Assembly (NCBI GenBank): GCA_964187785.1 | Contig: OZ076409.1 | Location: forward strand, 91,514,001 to 91,578,000 | Direction: 5' to 3' | From: Amphiscolops sp. MND2022 | Taxonomy: Eukaryota | DNA: 64,000 nucleotides | Part shown: piece after piece, positions 36,365-50,428 of the stretch | Layout of the letters: the number at the start of each line of letters is the position of its first letter | How positions within the stretch are numbered: position 1 is the first letter of the stretch | Notes under the pieces: generated by a model | Databases searched by the model: none | What the model was told of the DNA's origin: nothing | The model's input: only the letters and a program-made list of their open reading frames with translations | Made by a program: the position numbers and the translations under genes

Positions 36365-38125
36365 TTTCAGAGTTCAAGAACAAGGTCTTCGGAAATATTT
36401 AAATTCGTCGAAGAGATTGAGTTTTCGTTGTTATAACGGAACAAAGTTATTAGCAGTAGAACAAAAGATTGATTAAAAACTTACAACAATTTTCTACATA
36501 TATATACCTTCCAAGCATCATTTGTTCCTCACCTAAAAATTCCTAGGAATCCCTAAAATCCGTTTTGTTCACTAAAAATGCTTAATCATCCATATCATTT
36601 CAGCCCTTTAATTAATTGTTCACAATTTTAAATTCCTAGTTACGATTCCCTTGCGGAGTACTTGTTGAAATCATTTTTGTTCAACACTCCCATTTCCGGT
36701 TTCATCACGGAAAAGGCGGCAAAATAAATGCCTAGTTTGAATTCCTATCGCAAAAGGCACGCTGACGTGAACAATGATTCACTCTCTGTCTAGCGAAGAA
36801 CATCCGTTCGCAACAAAAGTATGACAAGCAAAAATGGTTACGGAAACATCGCGGATGAATTTTAGACTAAAGTGTTAAACATTTCAGAAAGAAACAAATG
36901 ATGCTGGAGAGTAATTAGCGCATATCGGGGATTGGGTTATTGTAACAAAACACAACTTCAGGTTGTAATTTACATGCAACAATTGGGCTAAATACTCTGA
37001 CTGTAATTTACATGCATCGATTGGTTTAAATAATATAACAAACATAATTCATCACAAACTACAACAAACATAAAATACCGTTTCAACAACGGAGAGCACC
37101 TGTTCCACATATTTTCTTCTGTCCTGATCTGCAACACGAATGTTCTAGTTGATCACGAAACGGGACAAATCCGGATGGAAAAAGTGAAAACTTGTAATGT
37201 TTTGAATGTTTTAGTGTGATTCTACATGTTCTCAGGAATGTCCTGATGTATTAGAATATTCTCTAAGTCTTAGAATTTTCCACGGTTGTTTTACATGTAT
37301 TAACATTAGGTATAGCTTCATCTATTACAATTTGCTCCGTAAACGCACCGTAAATGCTCCCTATGTATTAAGGTTGGCTATAACTTTCTCGGTTTATAAT
37401 TCGCTCCGTAAGCGCTCCGTACGTATTAAGATTGAGTATAGCTTTCTTAGCTGCTAGCGGAGCAAGCTCGGAGTAAATTCGCCATCTTTAAATTCATTCT
37501 TAGTGACGTCATCGGAATGGTTTCTTACTAGCGTGAGCGCAAATATACCGGTCTTAGCAGCGATGCTATTGGTCCGTAAAAATAGAAATACCTGTTACTC
37601 GTTTATCTGAGTGACGCTGTCATAGCGTTGTAAAAGTTTGCTCAGATTACTTGACTGTAATTTGAGAGGCTTTCTTACAACTACTTCAGATTCCAAATTG
37701 AATCTGCTATACTATTTTGATGTTCTTTTCATTTTAGATCGTATGAGTTCCGTTGGGATCGCGGAATTAAATAATTGTTTTAGTGTTTTCATTTCAGTGT
37801 GGAAAGGAGAAAAATGATCCCAGTGTTATGAATGTCTTTCTTTCTTAATATTTAGATTGACATGGAATTTTCAGCCGTTGAAACCGGAAGTAACAAAAAT
37901 GTCTACGTGTGAAAACTTTAAACCGGAAATCTTATTTTGCTTAAAGTCATTTTGGATATTTCACGTAGTGCTTCCGTAGATTTTAATTCGTGCTGCAGTC
38001 TAGACAAAAAGGTAAGTTATTGTACAATACTTAACATTGCGTGGCTCTTCCGTGGCCTCTCCCCCTTGCGAATTTTGGGATTCCTCCACAACAGGAAAAG
38101 TCCCGACCGGGAGCGGGTCGTGACA
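35983..38125 (-). repeat. 5' LTR of element B
   Basis: Direct repeat of 22391-24533. Confidence 0.97.
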
Positions 38126-38950
38126 CAAAGTTTGTATCTGAATCCTAAACTATCACCCTGAGAATAAATTTAAAACAACTGTTTCATTGGAAACTCAATT
38201 GAGATACAATTAATTGCAAAAATATTATTTTGAAAAGTGTGGGGGGGAAAAGGAAAAAGTTCCCCGGAAAATACCAAAATACCCGAATGGACACCCATAA
38301 GACTCAAAAACAGCTTTTTTCCCAACTGGAAACACCAGACTGGAAAAATGGGGGAAATTTTCGATTTTTTCAATTTTTCAAATCTTTGGTAAGTAGCTTA
38401 GTGCCAAAAAAGTGCCAAAGGGGGGCCCATTTGGTCTCCCTTCTACGCCTGTCTACGTTCGCAAGCACAAAAAAGTTTTGGTTTAGTGCGAGACTGGAAC
38501 CCACATACCCCTGCCTTTCAGACCACGCCAACCGAACAGAAATCCGTGTTAGCCACTGCGCCAAGTTGTAGTGAGACTAACTTGAATATACTAACTTCCA
38601 GAATTGTTTAAAGAAATCTGTAAGTTGGCCAGTCTTAGAAAAGCCACTGCCATAGTCGGTTCTTTTCTTTAAAAAGCGCCGAATGAAAACTACATAATTG
38701 CACTATCAGAGTGAAGTTGTGAAGTTTTCAGCGTACTATCGGCACAGTATCCAATACGCGTCATTACTTGCACAAGGAGCAAACTATGAAAAGTAAGAAC
38801 ATCAAATTAGAAAAAAAGACATGAACCTTCTTGAAAATAGTTTTTCATCGTTGCTATCTAAAAGTATTTACACAGTTGGTATCAAGGCTGGATATAGTTA
38901 ATTGTGTTGCTACATGGTAAAAAGTATAGTGGAAAAAACATGTATGTCAG

Positions 38951-40483
38951 CAGGAGCTGTCAAAAATTAATTTTTTCACAACAATCAATCGTAGGGTTTA
39001 CCAATCAATTAAATGTAATTGCTAGTTTGTAACAATCAATTATTGCAATTAATTGCAATTAATTGGTGCATTTTGTTAAAAGTTCTTAATCCCAGAACTT
39101 CTTATTTATCTTAAGAAAAATAAAAAGTGAACGTTTAGACTGATTTAAAAGATCGTATCGAATAAAAAGTTTTCAATGAATTCGTCAAATTTGTCTGCAA
39201 TCGATGTTACGTAATTTCCTGTTCGTAGGAATGGTAATCCCGAGTCGACCCTCCATGGATATCTTAGTAAGATCTTGGCAAGATCTTTCCAAGATCTTGC
39301 CAAGATCTTGGAAAAATCCTAGCTAAGATCGTGACAAGATATTGCCAAGAATTGCAAGATGCCATGGTAAGATTTTATCAAGAGAGTCATGTTTCCAAGA
39401 AAAATCTTACTAAGAAGTCCAATATGGCAAGAAAAATCTTACTAAGAAGCCGAAAATGGCAGGAAAAAAATTGCTACGAACTGCTCGATATCGAGAAAAA
39501 GTAGAATCAGAAAACCATTAAATTAAGACTTATGGAAAAATAATCTAGACATCACTCAAAACAAAAGTACTGAATGATTTTTACAACCATTTCGATATCG
39601 ATATTTTTCTTTCAATTGCAAAACTGTCGCCAACAACGGCGTCAGAAAAGCCTTCAGCTGAATCATTACTCAAATTAGAGAAATGACCACCGTTTCTAGC
39701 AGTAATAAGGCTGCTGAAACAGGCTCGAAGAAAGCTGGAAATATGATTTTTACAAAAATTTCAAGATTTTAAGGTCTTTCCTTTGTAACTTTCCGATAGT
39801 GGGTCTCGACGTTTGAGAGCATATTTCTCTGCCTCTGGAATCGACAGGAGTGATAAATCACAAGTTTTGGAAAGCCCTTGAAATGACCTTTCATTTGGTT
39901 CATTCGGCATCACTCAGTCCTAAACAGGTGAGCAGTTATTAGGATTCTCGTCAAAATTTTGGAAGCCAGACTACTTTATCGTAATTTTTCACGCATTTTC
40001 ACGCACATTTTTTCAGCAGGTTTAAGCATTTTGATTATGAAAACGAGTATAAATAGTCAATGTTGGGTGAAATGAGCCTTTAGATTGAGTCTCGGCTGCT
40101 TGAACCGAAGGTATAGTGTTTTTTATAATCTTGAAATTTTGTGCATCGTGATAAGATACGGTCTTGGAATAAGTATTATCTTAGTAAGATCTTAATAAGA
40201 ATCTTTCCATGTGATCCATGGTTGCCAAGTTGCAGTAAGAATTTGGCAAGATGCTGCCAAGACAGCCAAGATGCTAGTAAGAGGGTCAACCCGGGATTTC
40301 ATCTCTGAAAAAGAGCTCAGTGGCGTCGTAGTAAATAGCTATTGCAGCACCAATTAATTGGTAATTAATTGGTAATCTGAAATCTATAAATTCTAGTTGT
40401 GAAATGGAAGGAATCAAAAATCAATCAATTGATTGCAATTATTTGCAATGTATTCGGAAGCAATTATGTTTTGACAGCCCCTG
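38951..40483. mobile_element. hAT-like non-autonomous TIR element (MITE) interrupted by a nested element
   Basis: TIRs CAGGAGCTGTCAAAA / TTTTGACAGCCCCTG; subterminal aatcaatt/attgcaatt repeats at both ends; 8-bp flanks match only 5/8 (tatgtcag/tatacaag). Confidence 0.65.
39239..40295. mobile_element. Nested non-autonomous TIR element, possibly CMC/EnSpm-like
   Basis: TIRs CCCGAGTCGACCCTC / GAGGGTCAACCCGGG; AT on both flanks; subterminal caagatcttg arrays at both ends. Confidence 0.65.
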
Positions 40484-40652
40484 TATACAAGATCCGTATA
40501 ACTTGTTTACATTCCTTCTGTTTTGTGTAATACATGTATACACCCCAATCTCATACTTACTCTGATGATCACGAGTGCGGTCAAAGAAATAAATGTTGGA
40601 AATCGCCTATTTCCAGGAATTGTCACTTTTCGTAGAATTTATGTAATCGAAG

Positions 40653-43600
40653 TGTTGACGTTAACGAACTAATAGTGAAAAAAGAGAACTCGGTAACAAC
40701 TGTGAATTAGTATGAAATCTGGTGTTATAGCAGTTGATGTTAATTTGCCACTTTGGCTAAGTTTGGCCGGGTGTTATTATTGCGTATTTCAATTATTTTC
40801 ACACTCTGTTTTCTCAGCGATTAAGTTCAGTATTCTAGACTACACTACACTTCCCTCTTTAATAAATGAAGGATGGGGAGAGTGTTATGACTTCCAATTT
40901 GTTACCCCTTTACTTCACAGGGTTTATTTAGGTTCATGATTGGTTTCTATATTAGCCAATATGCTCATAGTAGTAATTCACAATGGTACTGAGTAAATAA
41001 CTTTAATAAATACACTAACGATAATAACTAAAATCAGTAGTGTTTCTACAACACAAACATACTGCAAAGTACGAAATACATACCGCAAAGTACGAGATAC
41101 TGGTGGGGTTATTTCAATCGCAGTGGTTGGTACTTGGGGCTTTGTAATAACTCAACAATTTAGCGATAGCAACAGAACAATGTTTTGTATTGTTTATCAT
41201 TTCTTGTCTCTTTGTTGTCAGGTGGTGCGATTCCAAACACGCTTGGTAGGCTCTCTTCTGCACTTGATTCTGATTCCACCTTAGTCACCATTATGTTGTG
41301 ACCAGCCAGTTTGGTTTTTTGTGGTTTCTTGTTGAGCTTCAGGTTGGTTTTTTTTCTTTTTCCCATTTTATGTCTCCTTTTATGGGTATCTTCTTTTTTT
41401 TTGGTTCATCAATCATTTCTTCTCTTTCTTCTTCTTTCTCTGTTTCTTCGCCTGTTTCACTTTTTGACTCTTTAATTTGAATTGATTGCTCGGGGTTTTC
41501 TTCTCTTTCTACTTCTTGTGTAATGTTTTCTTCTTCGGTTTGCTGTTCTTTTTGTGGCGTTTTTGGAAGTTGTCCCATTTCTGAGCTGCTTGTCGATTCC
41601 CGCTAAAATGGTTTTTTAGCTTTGCTGGCCTTTCTTTGGTTTTTGGCTCCTTTTTGATAGTTTCTTTCTTGTTTGTGTTGGCATCTTGTCCCATTTGGCC
41701 AAATCGCGCTTTGAGTAGATTGTTTGTTTACCTGATTTGGGTAACACTGTTATAGTGTTTTCGCTCTGGCTGATTGATTATTTGGCCTTTTATCTTTTCG
41801 AAGTTTCCTTGAAGCTTCGTGCCTTTTACTCTTTCTCGAACGAGAATTGTTGAGTCAGCCTCCTTACTGAAGTCTTCCGGCTCGATCTGGAGTTGGGGGT
41901 CTTTCTCTTTCATAGCACTTTCTGATCATAGCCGACTTTAGTTTGTTCGGATTTCTAGCCACTTGTCTTTCTTAGGCCGATGTGTTGTCTACCCCTTTTT
42001 CTTTTTCTGTTCTCAGTGCAAATAGTATATTTGACAATCCCGATGTATCTTTCTGAACTACTATTTTTCTCTTTGTTCTAAGTCTTTCGTTCAATGTTCT
42101 GATCATTCTTTCTACCTTTCCGTCATCCCAATGGTCGCCGATGGGACAGATTATGTGTTGAATGAATCTTTCTTTACGAAATTGCTGAAGTTTTTCTCCT
42201 TTAAATACTGTCCCGGATCTGTTCTAATCCTTTTTGGAATTCCGTTCTTTGCTATGTATTCTAATAAAAATTCTACGACTTTATCTACCGATGGGTTCGG
42301 TACAAACATTGCAGCTGGCCATCCTGAATTATTATCTAATGAAACTAGCGAATATTTCTTCTGTTTATATGCATTTTGGAATGGTCCTGCGGAATCTAGC
42401 GAAATTTCATCTTTGGGCTTTTTGCTTCAGGTAATTTTCCAAACTCTTTTTGACTATTTACACATTCAAGGTTCTTACCTGCTTTTTGGCATTCAGAGCA
42501 ATTTCTTGCCTTTTCTACGATCTCTCGGTGGATCCTCGGCCACCACACGTCGGATGCCTCTCGTAACATGGCATCTCTGCCGGCGTGCCCGAAATGTATG
42601 GCCCTTAATACGTTTTGACGCATACCTTTTGGGATTACCAGCCGTTGGTCCATATATGGTAAATTGTTCGAGTCCATGCTAAATGAATTGAATTTCTCTC
42701 TCCAGGGGGGAGGTAAACGAGAGATTACTGCAAAATTTTTAACTTTGAATAAACGGATGATTTTTGGAACGTTACGGTCGTTCTCATAATTTGCTTGTAC
42801 ATAGTTTTGGCTGATTTTGGGTTTTGACAGATCTCTTTCTTCAGACATTTTGCCGCTAATTTGCACTTTTGTATCTTGTTTACTATTACACTCGACCGCA
42901 TAAGCGTATGAACCGTCAGCACACTCTCTTTAACGCTTGAGTTTCTTTTGCCTTCAATCTTAATTCTGATTGGTTCATTTTCGATGGCCAATTTTCTACT
43001 CAAATACCGGAACGATTTATTTCTACTACGTTTATTGTAAACCAGCTATTGAACATTTCTTCCGCTTTTACTGTTGAACCACAGTAGTCGGATCGGCGTC
43101 GCGAAAGGTAATCAGCTAATCCTATCGTTCTACCCGGTGCGTGTGTTACTGAAAAGTCAAAGGGAAGTAGTATGTCTACACACCTAGTTAGCCTGCGTGA
43201 AAAATTTTGTTTCCTTTATTAGCTTTTAATACACTCTGTAAGGCTTTGTGGTCTGACATTACACCAAACTTTTCACCGAACTAAGGTGAAAAGACCACTG
43301 TAAGGCTTTGTGGTCTGACTTTACACCGAACTTTTCACTCCTAGCCCTTGTTTACTCGCATCGCAGATTATTTGCAGTGGTTTTTTTTGAAACATGTTAA
43401 TTCTGCAACTTTTTTTACTTCTTCGTTTACTTTTCTGAAAGCCGATTCATGCTCTTCATTCCAATTCCGTTCTGCGTCATTTTTTAAAATTGATGTGAAG
43501 GCGACGTGAATAGTAGCTAAATCTGGAACAAATCTGTTATATTGATTTACTGCGCTCAAAAACGACCTCAATTTTTTCAAATTGATGGTCTGAGTTTGTC

Positions 43601-45817
43601 GAAAATTCCTTGTACCTTTGTATTAAATGGCGAAATGCCTGAGCTTGTCAGTTTGAAACCCAACCACTCTATTTCTTGTTTTGCAAATTTGCATTTTCTC
43701 GCCTTTAATTGTAATTTCGCTTCATTCATCACGGTTACTATTAAAATGTCATCAATAAGAACAAATACTTCTCTAAATTTAGCTAATAGTAAATCCACTA
43801 CTTTTTGAAATTCTGTCGGCATAACCGTCAGACCGTAAAAACCTGTTACAAATCTGTATGTTCCAGTGGATTCGCCTCCAATAATTTGAAAATTGCAGTG
43901 TTTTGCCGTTAATGAAAGTAAATGGACTTGACCGTATGCATAGGTCATATCTACGGACGAGTACCATGCCTCTCCATTCTCATTATCTAGTTTTTCTGCT
44001 ACGATATCTAGTAAATTATCTAGCTTTGGCATTTGGTACTTATCTTTATCAATCGCTTGGTTTAACGCTCTAGCGTCTAATGCAAATTTCACTGAACGGT
44101 CTTTCTATACCGTTATTACCGTTGGTTGTATAAAGACATCGTCTTTAATTTCGTTTATTTTCTCGATATGACCGTCTTTCAGTAATCGTTTTATTTCCGC
44201 GTCTACCGCATTTTGTAATTGTATTGGAATTCGCCTTCCTTTTTGCTGAGAAATTTTTGCATCTGATTTCAGATTGATTTTTACTTGGTGATTTCTTATT
44301 CTTCCGTTTCTTTTGAACAGGTCGGGAAATTCGTTACTTTGTTGCTTTGTTTCCGCACTTAGTTCCTCGTCTTTTTCTACTGAATTTACGTCTAACTCAC
44401 ATTCATTCACTGGCTTAACCCGGATTCAACGTTGAGAGCCACTTTCGATAATATACTTTGTTCCATTTTCGCCCATTAGAATTCTCGCCTTCTTAATATA
44501 CTGGTTGCCCACTTGTAGTTCGCAGAACACATATCCCAGTAGATTTAATGGTTTCCCATTAAAATCCACATACCTCTCTCCTTCTATCATCTCACGCACG
44601 GGGAAGGTTTCTCTCTTCATGATCTGCTTTATTTCATCTAAGGCGAAAATTGTGACAGGTGATCCTGAATCGATCATTGTTTTGAACCTGTTTCCGTTGA
44701 TGAATCCTTCCATGTAATATGGTTTCGTGTTTTCATCTCCTTCTACATTTAGAACCATTATATTTTCATCGTCTTCTTCATCCTGATCAACTAATTGTAC
44801 ACGGCGGTTTGTTTGCTCACTGCTGCCATTTGCTTTGAATTTGCCATTTTGTTGAAATCCGTCTTTCTTCTGATTACAGACTTTCTCCAAATGTCCCTTT
44901 CTGCCGCAGTAATTACACATCGCATTTGGTCCTCTGCAGAACTTTAGATGTTCCTTGTAAAGTTTCCAGCGCCGCATCTCCAACACTCTCTTGTTCTGAA
45001 GCTGCTTCCGATGACTGCACAGATTGCTTCTTCTTTTATCTTGGGCTCTTGTCCAATGTATCCGTATGTCTTCTGTCTCTTAAGCCCATCTTCAAAAGCA
45101 ATTGCGAATTGGAGAGCCTCTGCTGGAATATCCTTTGGCTCTGTGGAGAGTTTTCTTGTACAATTTATTTGACATGTTGAGGACGAAAATGTCATGGACT
45201 AGACCTTCTGTCTGATTGCCAAAATTACATCTAGCAGCCAATCCGTTTAAAGCATTCCAAAACTGGTGAAGGGATTCGTTCGGCTTCTGCTTTCTTGACA
45301 AAAAGGAATGTCTATCCATAGTTCTCTTTCTTCGCGTTTGGAAGCACTCATTGCAGTGTTCCAGGAATTGAGGTAATTGAATAAGCAGGATGTTAATTTG
45401 ATGGAATTTGAGGGAATTTGTGAAGGGAAAGGTTTTGTTTGTCTACAGTCCTGATGATTTCGGTTACAGAAATTGAGTGCCGAGCCAGTACTGCAACTTC
45501 AAATAATTGCTGCCACTGTTCCCAGTCGTAAGAGGGTTCTTTCTCGGCCTCTTGCCAAAAGTAGTTCAGACCTGGTACAGGTGAATTAGAAGATTCATCA
45601 TCAGTAGATCGCAGCGCCATGTTGACGTTAACGAACTAATAGTGAAAGAAGAGAATCCAGTAACAACTGTGAATTAGTATGAAATCTGGTGTTATAGCAG
45701 TTGATGTTAATTTGCCACTTTGGCTAAGTTTGGCAGGTTGTTATTATTGCGTAATTCAATTCTTTTCACACTTCTGTTTTCTCAGCAATTAAGTTCAGTA
45801 TTCTAGACTCTACTACA
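40653..45817 (-). mobile_element. Decayed Ty3/Gypsy element C with short (~198-bp) LTRs
   Basis: LTRs 40653-40849 and 45620-45817; TSD CGAAG; PBS TGGCGCTGCGA; PPT AAAGAGGGAAG; fragmented gag, PR, RT and IN. Confidence 0.93.
41160..45620 (-). pseudogene. Fragmented gag-pol of element C
   Basis: CNYCGRKGHLEKVC knuckle, MIDSGS protease, LIDD RT, H..GH..CSEC integrase zinc finger; many stops and frameshifts. Confidence 0.88.
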
Positions 45818-46371
45818 CGAAGTTTACAATCGGTCACCGTCACTCCAGTTAAACTGAGTGCCGTGTGAATTAAGGTATGTAGGTCCTTATTGTCATTCAT
45901 GACGTCACAATACAGCAACGCCATTTTACCATTCATTATGCTATTTTATTTGTTGATGTTCAAGTACAAAGTTAGAGAGATGTTCAAATCAACAATTAGC
46001 TTCTCAAAATTGATAATTTTTTCTTCAGTTCTTCGACTAAGAGACAAAAGCAAAGAGAAAGGCTCTCTTATGAATCGGATATACCACAGATGTTGAAAAC
46101 ATTATGACTCAAAAACAAGTGACACAAATTGATTCAAAACACAGGTTGAAACTCTGATAAACAGGTCAATTGAATCAAATTTGGACGTGAATGAAAAGGG
46201 TTATGAGGACACGGGATGATCTGCAACTGAAAACGAAATATGAGTTGACCTTTCCTCAACTTGAGGGAATGCACACAGTGCCAAGACAAAATGGGATCTT
46301 GGAGAGCATGGAACTTCGGACAGTGCAAATCAATCAATGAGACTGAAGAGAGTGTTATTCCTCAACAATAC

Positions 46372-46861
46372 GGGAATGTCCCAAGTTGGCGCCATATCTG
46401 AGGCTCCAAAATATTCAAGGAACAACTATTGGAAAAATTTGGAAAAATTTTTTTTCAAAAAAATTATTTTTCAAAAAAGGTCGCACAATGCCAAAAAACT
46501 CAAAAAGAGGCCATTTAGGCTCATTAAACGTTTTTACAAACCGAAAACTTGAAAAAATGCAAGGGGGGTACCCTTTGATAGAATTCGAAAATTTTCGAAA
46601 AAAGTCGCACAGTGCCGAAAAAAAACCAAAGGGGGGACCCTTTGGTCTCGCCTCTACTTTTGGGAGCATAAACAAATTTGTGGTTTAGTGCGAGAATCGA
46701 ACCCACGATCTCCTGCTTCTCAGAAAATTACTTGAACAAATGAACAAAAGATTGTTAAAAAGTGGACCATTCAGCGTGAGATTGTCAGCTGAAAATGAAA
46801 AAAAACTACCCACCGTAATAGTCGGGCTTTTTTCCTTAAGAGAAAAGGCGCCGACTAAAAA
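46372..46861. mobile_element. Non-coding interspersed repeat family member; related pieces at ~1505-1550, 2020-2080, 22010-22110 and 38400-38690
   Basis: Shared motifs gtcgcacagtgccgaaaa, 5' ccaagt(t/c)ggc(g/a)cc and a 3' hairpin agtcgg..tttt...aaaag(g)cgccgact. Confidence 0.6.
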
Positions 46862-47424
46862 CAGGTGGCAGTGGGTGCACCTCACGACCAGACAATTAAG
46901 AGACATGGTTGTGACGCGTCCGATGAAAATCTCAATGGTATATGTAGAGACTCCGTAAAAGCAATGGAATTTTATGGACGTTGGACAACCAATAATTTTC
47001 CCAGAAATTCGCAAACAATAATTTATTTCCGTAACTTATCATTATCAAAATAATGGGAAAACAATGGTAAATTTCCGAAGCAATTTGAATAAAACTCAAA
47101 TTATATTATGATGGAAATCAGTTCAGCATCTCAGAATTTTCTTAAGACCCATAAAAACACTCAGCTTCCACGTGCACTGGTGGATGTTTTGCCTTCAGAA
47201 ACCATTAGTAAGGCTAGGGCGGCTAAATAAACATTCACAGATATTTGCTTTCCACTTGTGTTGGCGCCGAAATTACCTTGAATTATTTCAAGTTCGTGAA
47301 GTCAAATATTTCTCCAAACTGTAACTGAGAAAAGAGAAAAAGAAAAACTTATGGCCATTATTGTCAAGAAAATCATTTTTTGGAGTCCCTGGATTTACGT
47401 TGTGATGCTCAGTGCTATCATAAT

Positions 47425-47719
47425 CAGAGGTGTGAAAATTTATATTGTATTGCAATATATTGCAATTAAATACAATTGATATATTTATTTAGTTGGAGCA
47501 AAAATACAAGATATTTATCGAAATAAGACAAATATTGTCAGAGCTCTAACTTTGCCTTGTAAACGAATGTTTGTCTGCACAATAAAATATTTCACAATCT
47601 TTTGTTTTTCTAAAATATTGCAGGACAATGAATACAATATATTTATTGCTGAAATTGAATCAGACAATATATTAATTTTTTTGAAAAGATATATTTAAAT
47701 ACAATATATCACACCCCTG
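47425..47719. mobile_element. hAT-type MITE, internally deleted copy
   Basis: TIRs CAGAGGTGTGA.. / ..TCACACCCCTG; perfect 8-bp TSD ATCATAAT. Confidence 0.85.
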
Positions 47720-48616
47720 ATCATAATCGATAGCACAACCAGGTCATGGACCATTGCGGAAATGATCAGGGTAGTACTAACAGAGAATCTCTACCGCCTA
47801 AGCTTTACCAACAATGATTGAAATCTACAAAAGCAAAAGATTCACTTGAGTACCGAAAATTGTATATTCAACAAAAACAAATAAAAGTACACAAATTGCC
47901 TAAAAACATTTACAAAATGTTATAAACCAGTGCTAAAGTGCTATCATGATGAAAGTACGGGAATTAGAAACAGCAAAAAAACAATCAAACATTCAGCGGT
48001 AAAGGTTACGCGTTCAATTGAACTGAAGCTCTAGTCCTGTTGACGCGTTGTCCGCTCTTGTATCAATTCATGGGAAATGCTTGTTCCTTATTGTGGTCCG
48101 GCGAACATATCGCCTTTTATCAGTATAGTATATACTCTAGTCGCTATCATTACTAATTCATGTAAACACTTACGTAATTTAAGAACTTGCTATTATTATT
48201 TGGTGGTATTGATTATAGCAGAAAGGGGTTTTAGAAGAACGAGATTTTAGCCGAAAAACGAATTACAAATGAGTAATCTAAAATGAATAAAATTGAAAAA
48301 AATAATAATGAGTATCTACAAAAAGAAATCTATCTACAAAATAAGGCAAACTAGTTACAAACATTACAGAGAACGGATACTAGGCCTATATTAGTCCGGT
48401 AGCAAAAAATATCAATCAAATTGTTTTCGAGCGCGTCTTTGAGTCTTCGAACTCTTGAATTAACATTTCGATATTTTCGCCTTTGGGGGACCGGGGGTTC
48501 TCCTCTTTCGACGCTTCTAAGTTCAACTTTTTGAATTTTTTTATGGCCATTATTGTCATGAAAATCATTTTTTGGAGTTCTTGGATTTACGTTGTGATGC
48601 TCAGTGCTATCATAAT

Positions 48617-49074
48617 CAGAGTTGTGAAAGTTTATATTGTATTGCAATATATTGCAATTAAATACAGTTAATATATTTATTTAGTTGGAGCAAAAATACA
48701 AGCCATTTATTGAAATAAGGCAAATATTGTCAGAGCTCTACAATATATTGCGCAAAAAAAAATATTGCAAAACAGAAATAAAATTTCATTTAATATGCAT
48801 TTTAACGTACCAGAAGTGAACGACTATTAAGGGAGAAATTCACTAGGCTGTTCGCTATGCATAATTCCCACGGCTGTTTGTCGTGGCGAAAACAACATTG
48901 GGATGTTTGCCTTGTAAACGAATGTTTGTCTGCCCAATGATATATTTCATAATATTTTGTTTTTCTAAAATATTGCAGGACAATGAGTACAATATATTTA
49001 TTGCTGAAATTGAATCAAACAATATATTAATTTTTTTGAAAAAATATATTTAAATACAATATATCACACCCCTG
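48617..49074. mobile_element. hAT-type MITE copy 2
   Basis: Same TIRs and ATCATAAT TSD. Confidence 0.85.
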
Positions 49075-49971
49075 ATCATAATCGATAGCACAACCAGGTC
49101 ATGGACCATTGCGGAAATGATCAGGGTAGTACTAACAGAGACTCTCTACCGCCTAAGCTTTACCAACAATGATTGAAATCTACAAAAGCAAAAGATTCAC
49201 TTGTGTACCGAAAATTGTATATTCAACAAAAACAAATAAAAGTACACAAATTGCCCAAAAACATTTACAATATGTTATAAACCAGTGCTAAAGTGCTATC
49301 ATGATGAAAGTACGGGAATTAGAAACAGCAAAAAAGCAATCAAACATTCAGCGGTAAAGGTTACGCGTTCAATTGAACTGAAGCTCTAGTCCTGTTGACG
49401 CGTTGTCCGCTCTTGTATCAATTCATGGGAAATGCTTGTTCCTTATTGTGGTCCGGCGAACATATCGCCTTTTATCAGTATAGTATATACTCTAGTCGCT
49501 ATCATTACTAATTCATGTAAACACTTACGTAATTTAAGAACTTGCTATTATTATTTGGTGGTATTGATTACAGCAGAAAGAGGTTTTAGAAGAACGAGAT
49601 TTTAGCCGAAAAATGAATTACAAATGAGTAATCTAAAATGAGTAAAATTGAAAGAATTAATAATGAGTATCTACAAAATGAAATCTATCTACAAAATAAG
49701 GCAAACTAGTTACAATTATTACAGAGAACGGATACTAGGCCTATATTAGTCCGGTAGCAAAAAATATCAATCAAATTGTTTTCGAGCGCGTCTTTGAGTC
49801 TTCGAACTCTTGAATTAACATTTCGATATTTTCGCCTTTGGGGGACCGGGAGTTCTCCTCTTTCGACTTTTCTAAGTTTAACTTTTTGAAATTTTTTATG
49901 GCCATTATTGTCATGAAAATCATTTTTTGGAGTTCTTGGATTTACGTTGTGATGCTCAGTGCTATCATAAT

Positions 49972-50428
49972 CAGAGTTGTGAAAGTTTATATTGTATTGC
50001 AATATATTGCAATTAAATACAGTTAATATATTTATTTAGTTGGAGCAAAAATACAAGCCATTTACTGAAATAAGGCAAATATTGTCAGAGCTCTACAATA
50101 TATTGCGCAAAAAAAATATTGCAAAACAGAAATAAAATTTCATTTAAAATGCATTTTAACGTACCAGAAGTGAACGACTATTAAGGGAGAAATTCACTAG
50201 GCTGTTCGCTATGCATAATTCCCACGGCTGTTTGTCGTGGCGAAAACAACATTGGGATGTTTGCCTTGTAAACGAATGTTTGTCTGCCCAATGATATATT
50301 TCATAATATTTTGTTTTTCTAAAATATTGCAGGACAATGAGTACAATATATTTATTGCTGAAATTGAATCAAACAATATATTAATTTTTTTGAAAAAATA
50401 TATTTAAAAACAATATATCACACCCCTG
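49972..50428. mobile_element. hAT-type MITE copy 3
   Basis: Same TIRs and ATCATAAT TSD. Confidence 0.85.

Larger units (their letters stand above)
22391..38125 (-). mobile_element. Full-length Ty3/Gypsy LTR retrotransposon, element B (15,735 bp), sister subfamily of A
   Basis: 2143-bp LTRs at 22391-24533 and 35983-38125 with about 2 differences seen; TSD CAAAG at 22386-22390 and 38126-38130; intact gag and pol. Confidence 0.98.

Noticed and set aside
6015..38125. A and B as a tandem duplication or assembly artefact
   Set aside because: Different TSDs and flanks, and strongly diverged LTRs and accessory genes, show independent insertions.
46684..46712. tRNA gene (TCGAACCC B-box-like motif)
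   Set aside because: No cloverleaf or A box; part of an interspersed repeat.
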